58,324 nucleotides of DNA from a virus (taxonomy: Duplodnaviria; Caudoviricetes): positions 1-58,324 of the IMG/VR virus record IMGVR_UViG_3300043602_000067. One strand, 5' to 3'. A model generated the notes under the pieces. The model was not told the DNA's origin, did no database searches, and saw nothing but the letters and a program-made list of their open reading frames with translations. How positions within the stretch are numbered: the first letter of the stretch is position 1; each line of letters starts with the position of its first letter. Position numbers and translations under genes: made by a program. Of the stretch, positions 27,601-35,709 are shown piece after piece.

Positions 27601-27656
27601 TGGGGTGGCCCGAGGTGGCCGCTCGATGGTCAGAGGTACTACAAGGAGATCAGTAA
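24627..27656 (+). CDS. Multi-domain GT2 glycosyltransferase - TPR - SAM methyltransferase - GT4 glycosyltransferase
   Basis: IIARN...DFSYARN...WLDADD (GT2/SpsA-like); TPR helices; ILDIGSSDG...FEILEHL (class I MTase); GLGGSE, WMHD, YTSSPDRGL, ETYCISAVEAQLAG (GT-B/GT4). Confidence 0.88.
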   Translation: MAAKITLGIIARNAAATLDQCLTSAAPYVDEIIVGLGGESTDETEEMAKDFLGEWAEMARVGERTWAVFPIDWRDDFSYARNEVLTQATGEWFLWLDADDILLGGEHMQEWIARVPEGNCFWAPYRYDADEHGNVSTTLWRERLVKNPSEWHWEDPIHEFLMLDPEVPLALVQMDDVAVVHNPKRNKVKGTRNLEILYRELARTEPEPTQRTLFYLFRENASRGNLHEALLHANRYISRAQFNDEAYQMAIGVSNTLRVQGRLDEARVAAHKAIEMDATWPDAYFLLARIAYEQGQFVEAIEWTKNGATKQPPQTSVIIEPRIYDYWPYYILGLAYRGLNDWEMALPNFQRAASVVPDPQLMALMEEASRAQEGKKVLDAFLTLHEHLGRNDEWLKARRIFTYIPKLIEQHPEVRRRHINTRLSTAHVDDPQIMVDFYRNNPGWAPMDEEMIWSQGWREHPRMAFARKSVTCDPPATILDIGSSDGFISLPLAKEGHIVEGYDLDPRCVDLANERAAKWDLRAHYNVGSIDDAKGKYDVAFAFEILEHLVDPSAFLDKIDEHARKVVITTPFLAWEGGRVADWQKVEPKGHLRVFDLTDMEHEIAHRGRVFDLHREPHGSTAWIFASYRPRQTYAGTVEFLAPNTLEEWSPRKLQAEGLGGSETALIRLAEELFYAGGDDTQSRLCTVYGRIDDPGYYNGVRYRTMQSFDPRVGSDVLVAWRYPEAADLPVRAGRMVLWMHDTDAGERLTPVRAARFDAIVVLSEWHKSHMLKTYPWLDVEKLVVIGNGVDRERFALRKDTPSGRAAVRENAPKREPLRVAYTSSPDRGLDVVLEHVWPKVIEQVPDAELHVYYGWNNFDALGAAYPHLAEFRQKVATLLIDTKNVVQHGRVAPDQLATELLKSSVWLYPSHNFDETYCISAVEAQLAGAIPVTTTRGALAETVAGGVFIEGTIGDEGVAEQYAKAVVDLLTIDAKDIGTMRKMIKKAAPAVGWPEVAARWSEVLQGDQ

Positions 27657-28325
27657 GTGGCTGAAGGTGCTGGCCCCGAGGCATTAGCTAAAACTCTCCC
27701 CGCCAATGGCGGTTCGCGCCCCGTTCCTGACCCCACCGAACTCACCGATCGGGCCATTGCCCGGCTTGAGAAGTCGCTGACGATATTCATCGAAGGCAAG
27801 ATCGAGGTGGTTGAACAGCGACTCGAAGGTATGGACACGGCGGTCAAACTCGCCCAAGGCGGCGTGGAGCGGATGCCTGCCCGCGTCGATGAAAAGAGCA
27901 GTTCGCTCAAAGAGTTGCTTATCACCAAGATTGATGCGCTCAATGAGTTGTCGGAGGAACGGTTCGCGGCTGCTGAACGCCAGCGAGTTGAGCAGAAGTC
28001 CGACACCAAGGCGGCGGTTGACGCTGCCCTCTCCGCTGCGAAGGAGGCCGTGAAGGAGCAGACCACGGCCAGTGAGCGGTCGATCGATAAGAGTGAGAAG
28101 GCGACCGGCGAGACGATCAAGACCAACCAGGAACTGAACCAATCCAAGACGGATGCGCTGACCAAGGAAATCGACGGTGTGAAGGAACGTATCGGGCGCA
28201 TCGAGAACATCAAGGTCGGAGCGACCGAGAACCGTACAGGCACGTACGCCGTCATCGGCGCGATTAGCACCATTCTTGGGATATTGCTCACGGCAGCGGC
28301 GATCCTTGCACTAGTGAGGCCGTAA
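27657..28325 (+). CDS. Coiled-coil protein with C-terminal membrane anchor
   Basis: Heptad-like charged helix ending in VIGAISTILGILLTAAAILALV. Confidence 0.65.
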   Translation: MAEGAGPEALAKTLPANGGSRPVPDPTELTDRAIARLEKSLTIFIEGKIEVVEQRLEGMDTAVKLAQGGVERMPARVDEKSSSLKELLITKIDALNELSEERFAAAERQRVEQKSDTKAAVDAALSAAKEAVKEQTTASERSIDKSEKATGETIKTNQELNQSKTDALTKEIDGVKERIGRIENIKVGATENRTGTYAVIGAISTILGILLTAAAILALVRP

Positions 28326-28375
28326 GCCTTACTCGAACGTGTAGTATCGAGCCGACGCGGCCCTACGAGGATGAC

Positions 28376-28696
28376 ATGAGCAGAAAAGTAGCCTTCCGTT
28401 GTAAGAACTGTGGCTTTCTGGAGTCGCCGGGCAACGCGGGCGAGAGCGACGTTCCCCACGCTTGTCGAGCGTGCGGTCACGGCGTGCGCTTCGATCCGAT
28501 CACGGGCGTCAAGAGCCTGGACGTGGAGAACTGGGAAGTCCTCGCTGAAGCGTCCGCCAGTCGCCTCGATGAACTCGGCATCGAGAAGAGTGATGTCGTC
28601 AAGCACAAGCCGACACCAGCGGAAGATCCCGATCGTCAGCCCAAAGTCTATGAGCGCAGCGTGGTCGATACGCTGACCTTGGAGGATCACGCATGA
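28376..28696 (+). CDS. Zn-ribbon protein ending in one DTxTxxD repeat unit
   Basis: CKNCG...CRACG; C-terminal YERSVVDTLTLED. Confidence 0.6.
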   Translation: MSRKVAFRCKNCGFLESPGNAGESDVPHACRACGHGVRFDPITGVKSLDVENWEVLAEASASRLDELGIEKSDVVKHKPTPAEDPDRQPKVYERSVVDTLTLEDHA

Positions 28697-29490
28697 GCCA
28701 ACTGTGGACGCCCACGCGGGCAGCCCTCTCAGGTATGCCGCGTGACCAGCTTGAAGCAATCCTCCGCGAGAACGCCACCCGTGAAGCCGAGAAGATCGGC
28801 CACAACGTGGCGCACATCCTCGTCCAGCGGGCCAACGGCAAGGTAGAGGATCTCGGCTACCACCCCAACCTGTTGACCAACACGGGCCGCGACCTGATCG
28901 CTGCTGCCCAGGGACACGCGACGGGCAAGGGCGGCGCCCTCACGGCCAGCTCGGCAACGTCAGCCACGCCATCGGGCGGCGGTATGACGACCGACCAGTA
29001 CAAGGGCTGGCGTGTCTACTGCCCGATCACGGGCATCACCACCGAGCCTGTCTACGGCAACATCGGCTCGAACAGCACCACTGTGCTGACTGTTGACCAG
29101 TGGTGGAACGCCATTGACGGTTCACCAGGCACGCCTGCCGCGACAAACGGCTACAGCATTCTGCCCGCGGCCGACTTCCGTTTCATGGCGCTGACTACCG
29201 ACGCTGGTGCGGCTTCCGCAGCAGATGCCACCCTTACCTCTGAGATCACCACCAACGGTGGCTCACGAGCGCTGGCGACCTACGCCCATACGGGCGGCAC
29301 CAACACCTACACGCTGGTCAAGGCGTTCTCGTTCACGGGCACGCTGACCTCGATCCAGAAGATCGGCCTGTTCAACGTGCTGACACTGACGGCTGCTGGT
29401 GTGATGGGCTACGAGGTTGTCTTCACGCCCGTGCTGACAGTCGGCAACGGCGACACTGGCACGATCACCTGGACCGGCACCCTAGCGTAA
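28693..29490 (+). CDS. Accessory virion (fibre-associated) protein
   Basis: NLLTNTGRD...AASAADATLTSEI...IGLFN; T/G-rich; resembles 43512..44198. Confidence 0.6.
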   Translation: MSQLWTPTRAALSGMPRDQLEAILRENATREAEKIGHNVAHILVQRANGKVEDLGYHPNLLTNTGRDLIAAAQGHATGKGGALTASSATSATPSGGGMTTDQYKGWRVYCPITGITTEPVYGNIGSNSTTVLTVDQWWNAIDGSPGTPAATNGYSILPAADFRFMALTTDAGAASAADATLTSEITTNGGSRALATYAHTGGTNTYTLVKAFSFTGTLTSIQKIGLFNVLTLTAAGVMGYEVVFTPVLTVGNGDTGTITWTGTLA

Positions 29491-29507
29491 TCCGGTAGGA
29501 CGACTAC

Positions 29508-29852
29508 ATGGCCTACACCCGAGAGCCGCTGTCGGGCTCAACGCACGGACGCGGCATCAAGGTTGCTGCTACTGCTACGCCAGGAACGACGATCCACACC
29601 GGGCAGGCGTCCACGACGCTGACCGACGTGGTGACGCTCTACGCCTGCAACACGGATACCGTGACGCGCCGCCTCACGCTTGAATGGGGCGGCACCACGG
29701 CGGTCGATGACAACCTGATCTATGACCTGCCGCCGAAGACCGTTGTGCCCATCGTGCCCGATCTCATCATCCGCAACTCGCTGATAATCAAGGCGTTCGC
29801 GGATGCCGCCAACGTCGTGTCGATCTTCGGCTTCGTCAACGTCGAGGCGTAG
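29508..29852 (+). CDS. Small accessory virion protein
   Basis: Beta-rich composition in the structural cluster. Confidence 0.55.
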   Translation: MAYTREPLSGSTHGRGIKVAATATPGTTIHTGQASTTLTDVVTLYACNTDTVTRRLTLEWGGTTAVDDNLIYDLPPKTVVPIVPDLIIRNSLIIKAFADAANVVSIFGFVNVEA

Positions 29853-30440
29853 ATGCCTTCGACCGTGATCCGCCACGGCCTCGGGCAGACGCCGATGGTG
29901 AGCTACCGTTCGGCGTCAGGATTTCCGCAGGAGACCATCATCGCTCCTACGTCGCTTTGCGCGGTGGGAGTGGATTTAGTTGCGGCGGCCAGCGGTAACT
30001 TCGTATCTGCAACGTATCCAGCTACGAACCGAGCGCTTGGCTTCATGTTCTGCTTGGGCGACTACTTCCTCGTTCGCAAGGTCTGGTGGTCCAACGGGAC
30101 CACGGCCACAACTGACAACGCCGACGTGGCTGTCTACACCGAGGATGGCGCGACTCGACTAGTGGCGGCTGGCGCGACGCTCATTGCCACGGCCAATGTT
30201 CTCCAGGAAGTGGACGTTACCGACACCCTGCTTGCGCCCGGTCGCTACTGGTGCGTCTACAACCAGAACGGCGTAACGGCCACTCCAATCATGTCACCCG
30301 CCGTAGCGGCCACCCTGCGCGCTATCGGTTGCGCGCAGTTTGCCGGAGCTGTGCCGTTGGGTACAGCGTTCACTCCCGCTGCGGTCGCAGCCGCCAACTT
30401 CCCATATTTCGGCATCGCGTCGCGGACACAGGTGGCGTAG
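29853..30440 (+). CDS. Accessory virion protein
   Basis: Paralogue-like to next gene (TDTLLAPGRYW vs TDTTLPAGLYY; FPYFGI vs FPLFGL). Confidence 0.55.
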   Translation: MPSTVIRHGLGQTPMVSYRSASGFPQETIIAPTSLCAVGVDLVAAASGNFVSATYPATNRALGFMFCLGDYFLVRKVWWSNGTTATTDNADVAVYTEDGATRLVAAGATLIATANVLQEVDVTDTLLAPGRYWCVYNQNGVTATPIMSPAVAATLRAIGCAQFAGAVPLGTAFTPAAVAAANFPYFGIASRTQVA

Positions 30441-31006
30441 TGGCCCGTCCACAGGGTTTCGCATGGCCCTCGCCACCAACGATCACCTTCATGTCGCGCT
30501 GCGCCATAGGCATTAAAAAATGTGCCCTTAAAGCATCTATTACCACGGTCACGGGCGCGAGCCCCTGGTCTGACGCGGCTAACACCTTGCTCGCGTTCCC
30601 GTTCGTGATTGAGGCGCAAACGACCTTTTACAAGGGCTTCGCCGTAACCGGGACCTCGCCGGGTTCCAACTTCGAGGTCGGCATCCTCGATGAGAACTAC
30701 AACAAGATCGTGTCATCGGGCACGATCTCAGGCGGCGCGGTTGCCAGCGTTCCGGTCATGGCTGACTTTACCGACACGACGCTGCCGGCCGGTCTGTACT
30801 ACGCGGGGATGTCCTGCGATGCCACCACGACCGGCAGATGGTTTCGGTGCTCGCTGACGAACGCTGCGGACTTTCAGTCGTTTGGCTGTTGGAAGCAAGC
30901 TGCTGCCGGTCCCGGTTCGTTCCCTACAACCGCCACGCCCGCCGACCTGACCAACGTCGCCTTCCCGCTGTTCGGTCTGATAACCCGCTCTGTCTTTGAC
31001 GTGTAG
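30440..31006 (+). CDS. Accessory virion protein
   Basis: TAGTG overlap; similarity to preceding gene. Confidence 0.55.
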   Translation: MARPQGFAWPSPPTITFMSRCAIGIKKCALKASITTVTGASPWSDAANTLLAFPFVIEAQTTFYKGFAVTGTSPGSNFEVGILDENYNKIVSSGTISGGAVASVPVMADFTDTTLPAGLYYAGMSCDATTTGRWFRCSLTNAADFQSFGCWKQAAAGPGSFPTTATPADLTNVAFPLFGLITRSVFDV

Positions 31007-31014
31007 GTAGCCCA

Positions 31015-32250
31015 ATGGCTACTGACCTCGATCTCGACCTACAGATCGTAGATGACGGCGCCGTTGCCTTCGACGACCTAGACAACCCATCCTCTGGTGG
31101 TGGTCCACAGAACTACAACCGTTCTGCTGGCGATACGCTCACCCTGACCGACTCGGCAGCACGAGCACTTACTGCTACGCGAGTCGCCGCCGACACGACG
31201 ACTAGGACTGACGCAGGCTCGCGCACTGGCGCATTCGTCCGATCGAACGCCGACACGATCACTGACACCGATGCTGCCGTCTCGCTGAAATCGGCTAATC
31301 GCGCTGCTGCGGACATCATCACTGATACGGATGCGGCCAGTCGTCAGCTCATCGGCGTGAGAGCGGCAGCCGACTCGACGACCAGGACTGACGCAGCCAG
31401 CAGGACTACCGCTGCTCAACGCATTGCGGCCGACACCACCACTCGTACCGATGTCGCCAGCCGGTTGCTGGCTGCCCTGCGAGCAGCAGCGGACACGATC
31501 ACTGATACCGACGCGGCGAGTAGGCTGCTCTCCTCTGTGCGCAGCGCCTCGAACACACTGACCGAGACTGACTCGGCTACGCGTCAACTGGCCGCTGTAC
31601 GTGGTGCCGCGGATACGATCACCGACACCGACAGCGCGGTATCGAGCGGTGGCGGCAGCAACAACCGCTCGGCAGCCGACACATTGACTCTCACGGATGC
31701 CGCTAGCCGTGTCCTTGCGGCGTTACGCTCCGCAGTGGATACCGTGACCCGTACAGACTCAGCGACCCGTACAGCGGCTCAGAGCCGCTCTGTAGCCGAT
31801 ACCACGACACGTACGGACGCTGCCAGCAGGCTTCTAGCGGCCGTACGCGCTGTGACTGACACATTGACCCTCACCGATGCAGCGTCACGCGTGGGCGCCT
31901 TCCTGCGTGCCGTAGCGGACACGGTGACCCGTACCGATACGGGAGCGGCAACCAAGACAGCAACGCGCGCAGCGGCCGACACGACTACTCGAACCGACGC
32001 TGCCGTGCGCCAACTGGCAGCCGTGCGCAGTGCGCTGAATACGATCACTTGGACTGATACCGCTACGCGTGGTGGAGTGTTCCTGCGTGGAGCACAGGAC
32101 ACGATCACTTGGACTGATAGCGCAGCGAGCGTTATGACCGCTTTCCGCACGATCACCCTGCTGGGCGAAACTATTCCCGCTGACAACACCGGGCAGAGTA
32201 TTCTTGGGTCTGCCCGCAGAGAAGTGGGGCGTACTAGGAGACTTCTGTGA
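31015..32250 (+). CDS. 20-aa tandem-repeat Thr/Ala-rich fibre-like protein
   Basis: About 17 copies of xRxAADTxTxTDxAxRxxAA. Confidence 0.7.
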   Translation: MATDLDLDLQIVDDGAVAFDDLDNPSSGGGPQNYNRSAGDTLTLTDSAARALTATRVAADTTTRTDAGSRTGAFVRSNADTITDTDAAVSLKSANRAAADIITDTDAASRQLIGVRAAADSTTRTDAASRTTAAQRIAADTTTRTDVASRLLAALRAAADTITDTDAASRLLSSVRSASNTLTETDSATRQLAAVRGAADTITDTDSAVSSGGGSNNRSAADTLTLTDAASRVLAALRSAVDTVTRTDSATRTAAQSRSVADTTTRTDAASRLLAAVRAVTDTLTLTDAASRVGAFLRAVADTVTRTDTGAATKTATRAAADTTTRTDAAVRQLAAVRSALNTITWTDTATRGGVFLRGAQDTITWTDSAASVMTAFRTITLLGETIPADNTGQSILGSARREVGRTRRLL

Positions 32251-32837
32251 GCCTGACCGACACACAGGCCGTGCGACTCAAGGCGTCCGACCAGCCCATG
32301 TTCCACCGTGAGGGTTGGACGGGCGATGGCATCACGTCAGATGTGAAGCTGGAGTTCTACCCGATCCTCAGTACGCCCACGCCGAAGGTCTATAAGAACG
32401 ACACGCTGCTCGTGTCCCCAATCAACTACACGATCGATCTCGACAACGGCATCGTCGCGTTTACTGTTATGCCCGTGCTCGACGACGATGTGGTCTTCGA
32501 GTATTCCAGCATCGTCTTTACGGACGAGGAGATCGACTGGTTCCTGACCAACGCGGGTAGCGTCACGCTGGCTACGGTGAACCTCCTGCTGGCATGGTCA
32601 GCCGACGCGGCTAAGGGTGCGCGCAAAGAGTCTCTGGCGGGTGGCGGTGGCATGGGCAGCATGACCATCTCGACCGACATGCGCTCGCGCGAGCTGCGCG
32701 AGACGGCCAAGGCGTACTTCACCCAGTATCAGGCAGCCGAGAACCTGGGCGTGGCTGCCGAGTACATCACCGAGATCGCGTGGAATGACTTCATGGCTGA
32801 GCGTGCCATCTACAACGGCCTGATCGAGAACCTGTAG
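32247..32837 (+). CDS. Probable head-tail adaptor
   Basis: VRLKASD...FTDEEIDWFL...; position. Confidence 0.55.
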   Translation: MSLTDTQAVRLKASDQPMFHREGWTGDGITSDVKLEFYPILSTPTPKVYKNDTLLVSPINYTIDLDNGIVAFTVMPVLDDDVVFEYSSIVFTDEEIDWFLTNAGSVTLATVNLLLAWSADAAKGARKESLAGGGGMGSMTISTDMRSRELRETAKAYFTQYQAAENLGVAAEYITEIAWNDFMAERAIYNGLIENL

Positions 32838-33026
32838 GTGGGCGTCTATATGTGCTCAACCGGTAAGCACATTGCCTTCATCAGCGTGTCTCCGATGCAA
32901 GCGTTCAAGTGCGACTGCCCACCTCGCCCAGCGGTTGAACGGGATGCGGTTGGATACCGCCCAGCCTTAGTGCGAAGTGCGGCGGCTCCGTCAACTCGGG
33001 GCCGCAAGCCCTCTCAGACACGCTAG

Positions 33027-33587
33027 ATGTACTACCGCCTCGTGGCTACGACTACGCGTGATCACATGCGCGAGCACTTGGTCGAATATCTGGAGCGTGC
33101 CGAGGCCGACATGGACTCGGACATCGTGCTGCCCAAGCCGAAGATGTTCGAGGTGGCCTCGTTCGTTGGTGGCGTAGTCGGTCTCAAGGGCAAGACGGAC
33201 TTCCCAGCGTTGTCGATTGACGCCTACAACAAGATCCAGTCACCGAGCAACAAGGGACTGTACGAGTTTCGCTACGACGGCCATGTAACGGGTATGGTGG
33301 CGGGTACCAATCCGAAGGTCGTCGAGCAGCAGGCCAAGGGCTATGGCGCCGCGATAGAGATGTTCATCAAGGAGCACACCTACCAGCCCTACGACGACAG
33401 CTTCGATGCCTCTGGCCTGCCGTTCGCGTTCCTAGAGTTCGGGTTCATCCGATCGGAGTTCTTCGGTGCGGCCAATACCGAGGTGGGTGACCAGAAAGGT
33501 CGGCCTACCCAGTTGTGGGTGGATGGCTTCAGGATCGAGATCGCGTGGATCACCAGTGAGGCTGGTCCGGGGCAGCCGCACGGATGA
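33027..33587 (+). CDS. Probable tail terminator/neck protein
   Basis: Position and DFPALSI pattern. Confidence 0.45.
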   Translation: MYYRLVATTTRDHMREHLVEYLERAEADMDSDIVLPKPKMFEVASFVGGVVGLKGKTDFPALSIDAYNKIQSPSNKGLYEFRYDGHVTGMVAGTNPKVVEQQAKGYGAAIEMFIKEHTYQPYDDSFDASGLPFAFLEFGFIRSEFFGAANTEVGDQKGRPTQLWVDGFRIEIAWITSEAGPGQPHG

Positions 33588-34192
33588 TTAACTTCGGTGG
33601 ATCGCTCGGACGTTGGGAGGTGCTGGCGCCCCCCGGCTTGACCGACACCGGTCGCATCAGGCGCTTTCAGGACCGCACGGTGGCCCGCCTGAAGGCCACG
33701 GCCGAACAGATCAGCGATGACACCCTGCAGTCGTTGCTACAGGGCATCGCGGCTACGTACCGTGAGGGCGAGGGCACACTGCTTAGAACCGTCCAGAAGC
33801 GGGTCATCGCGGGTCGCGATGGCGTGAGCGTGGAGTTCTTGGCGGGGGGACGGCACCTCGTCTACCTGACCGCTCTGGCCGGTGAACCGTTCCCCTCGCC
33901 GGGCCATTTCATTCCTCACAACGGTAGGTCGCGCTTCTACTGGAAGCATCCACTGCACGGTCTGCCACCTGGTATGTATTCATTCAACGCTCAAAAGCCA
34001 GCATTCTGGAAGACTCGCCAAGGTCGTGACGTGATCGCAGAGCGCCTGGGGGCTGGCGCGCAGCAGTTCACAAACGCTATGATCAGAGAACATGAGGCGG
34101 CATTGGTGGAGTTTGTACAGAATGACCTGGCACCAGTCACGAGGTCACCGAGGGTGAACGTGGCATCGGGAAGCGGCATAGCACCGCAGTAG
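33584..34192 (+). CDS. Probable neck/tail completion protein
   Basis: Position before the major tail gene. Confidence 0.4.
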   Translation: MINFGGSLGRWEVLAPPGLTDTGRIRRFQDRTVARLKATAEQISDDTLQSLLQGIAATYREGEGTLLRTVQKRVIAGRDGVSVEFLAGGRHLVYLTALAGEPFPSPGHFIPHNGRSRFYWKHPLHGLPPGMYSFNAQKPAFWKTRQGRDVIAERLGAGAQQFTNAMIREHEAALVEFVQNDLAPVTRSPRVNVASGSGIAPQ

Positions 34193-34204
34193 GAGTAAGA
34201 GACG

Positions 34205-34840
34205 ATGGCACAGCGGAACATCCTCGAAAACAACCTCAACCTGTTGAACCAGATGAGAGGGCCAGCGAAGATCCTCCTCAGCGTCGTACCGGCACCTTCC
34301 CTGCCGATGCCGGTGAACATCGGGCAGGTGCTCGATGTGACCGGTGGCGCTCCAGCATCAGGCTGGTTCTCATACGGCATTACGCGTGGCGGCATCAACG
34401 TCACCAAGCGCATCGACAAGCAGGTCTATGACGACATCGACCAGCTCGTGGGCGAGTGGGGCCAGAGGACCACCAACCGTGGCTACCGCATCACCACGCA
34501 GGTCGGTGAGGTACTCAGCCCCACTCAGATGGCGCAGGTCATGGAGACCGGCACGCCGACGTTCGTGTCCACTCAGGCACCGACGCAGGTGATGATCCCG
34601 CTCGATGCGGGTTCGTATCAGGCGGTTGCCCGACGTGCAGCAGTGGTGTTCCCCAAGGATACGGATGGCAAGGTCTTCGCCTTCGTATTCCGCAGCGTCG
34701 AGCCAGCGGGCGGCGATCGCACGTGGCGCTTCGACAAGAGCGACCCCGTTTCTCCAGGGCTGGAGCTGGTGGCCTTCCCCGAGATCGCAACCAGCATCCC
34801 GACCGAGGATGCCTACGGACGGTCGTTCGACATCGTTTAG
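34205..34840 (+). CDS. Major tail tube protein
   Basis: GPAKIL, WFSYGITRGGINVT, IDQL; precedes chaperone and tape measure. Confidence 0.75.
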   Translation: MAQRNILENNLNLLNQMRGPAKILLSVVPAPSLPMPVNIGQVLDVTGGAPASGWFSYGITRGGINVTKRIDKQVYDDIDQLVGEWGQRTTNRGYRITTQVGEVLSPTQMAQVMETGTPTFVSTQAPTQVMIPLDAGSYQAVARRAAVVFPKDTDGKVFAFVFRSVEPAGGDRTWRFDKSDPVSPGLELVAFPEIATSIPTEDAYGRSFDIV

Positions 34841-34932
34841 CACTCACCCTACGGCAGGCTATGTGGCCGAGGTCCAGGGCAAGCGCCTCGGTCACATAGT
34901 TTCGACAGACTCGTAATCGAAAGGCGGCAGTA

Positions 34933-35478
34933 ATGGCGGCAACAGAAGAGGCGCGCGAGCGCCGGGTGACGCGGCGCGAGCCGATAACGGTCACCGTCGA
35001 GCTGAACAACGGCAAGGAAGCCGTCTTCGAGGCCAAACCTCTCCCATGGCGCAAGCGCCTCGATCTGGGCGACATGCTGGCGAAGATGTATACGGCAGGC
35101 TTCACTGCCGAGTTGCAGCCACTGCGTGATCCAGAGAGCGGTGCCTTCCTCGGTGTGACCGGTGGTCTGTTCGAGGCGGCGATGGACTACCCCGCGTTAT
35201 TCGAGATCTGCTACACCGAGTGGGAGATCACCGACGACGGTGAGATCGTTGTCAAGAACCCACCAGCTAAGGACGTACAGCGCAACTTCAATAGCCTCGA
35301 CTTCGATCAGATCGTCGAGGTGCTCAGCGCCAACCTGGTCGTCAACGGTCTCGATCGCATCATCCACCTCCTCGATCCAGACCGAAAAACGCCCCCGCTG
35401 ACTGGGGCCAGCGCGTCAGCGAACGAGGAGACGACAAACGCTGGCGAGAAGACGGACTCAGCTACCGACTCTGGTTAG
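34933..35478 (+). CDS. Tail assembly chaperone (gpG-like)
   Basis: Between the tail tube and tape measure genes; contains slippery CCGAAAAAC. Confidence 0.7.
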   Translation: MAATEEARERRVTRREPITVTVELNNGKEAVFEAKPLPWRKRLDLGDMLAKMYTAGFTAELQPLRDPESGAFLGVTGGLFEAAMDYPALFEICYTEWEITDDGEIVVKNPPAKDVQRNFNSLDFDQIVEVLSANLVVNGLDRIIHLLDPDRKTPPLTGASASANEETTNAGEKTDSATDSG

Positions 35479-35708
35479 CGCTCACCGGCTGGACACAGAG
35501 GCAGATAGAAGGACTAACCTATTACGAGGTGGTCGGCGTACTCAACGAGTACGAGTGGCAGGAACAGGACCAAAGGAACTGGGCCTACGCTCTGAGTCGG
35601 ACCGGCGAGCCGTTCGAGACGTATCGTGAAATACGAGAGCGGTTAGAGGACGCCATGGCGCCAGCCGAACCTATCAGCCCAGAACGTCGCCCGTGGTACC
35701 AGAGCTGA
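34933..35708 (+). CDS. Tail assembly chaperone -1 frameshift product (gpGT-like)
   Basis: The -1 frame is open from CCGAAAAAC (35382-35390) to TGA 35708 and reads LALTGWTQRQIEGLTYYEV. Confidence 0.65.
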
Positions 35709-35709
35709 C

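Noticed and set aside
31110-32130. CRISPR array or DGR repeat
   Set aside because: The 60-nt periodicity is degenerate at DNA level and reflects a protein repeat; no spacer structure and no reverse transcriptase
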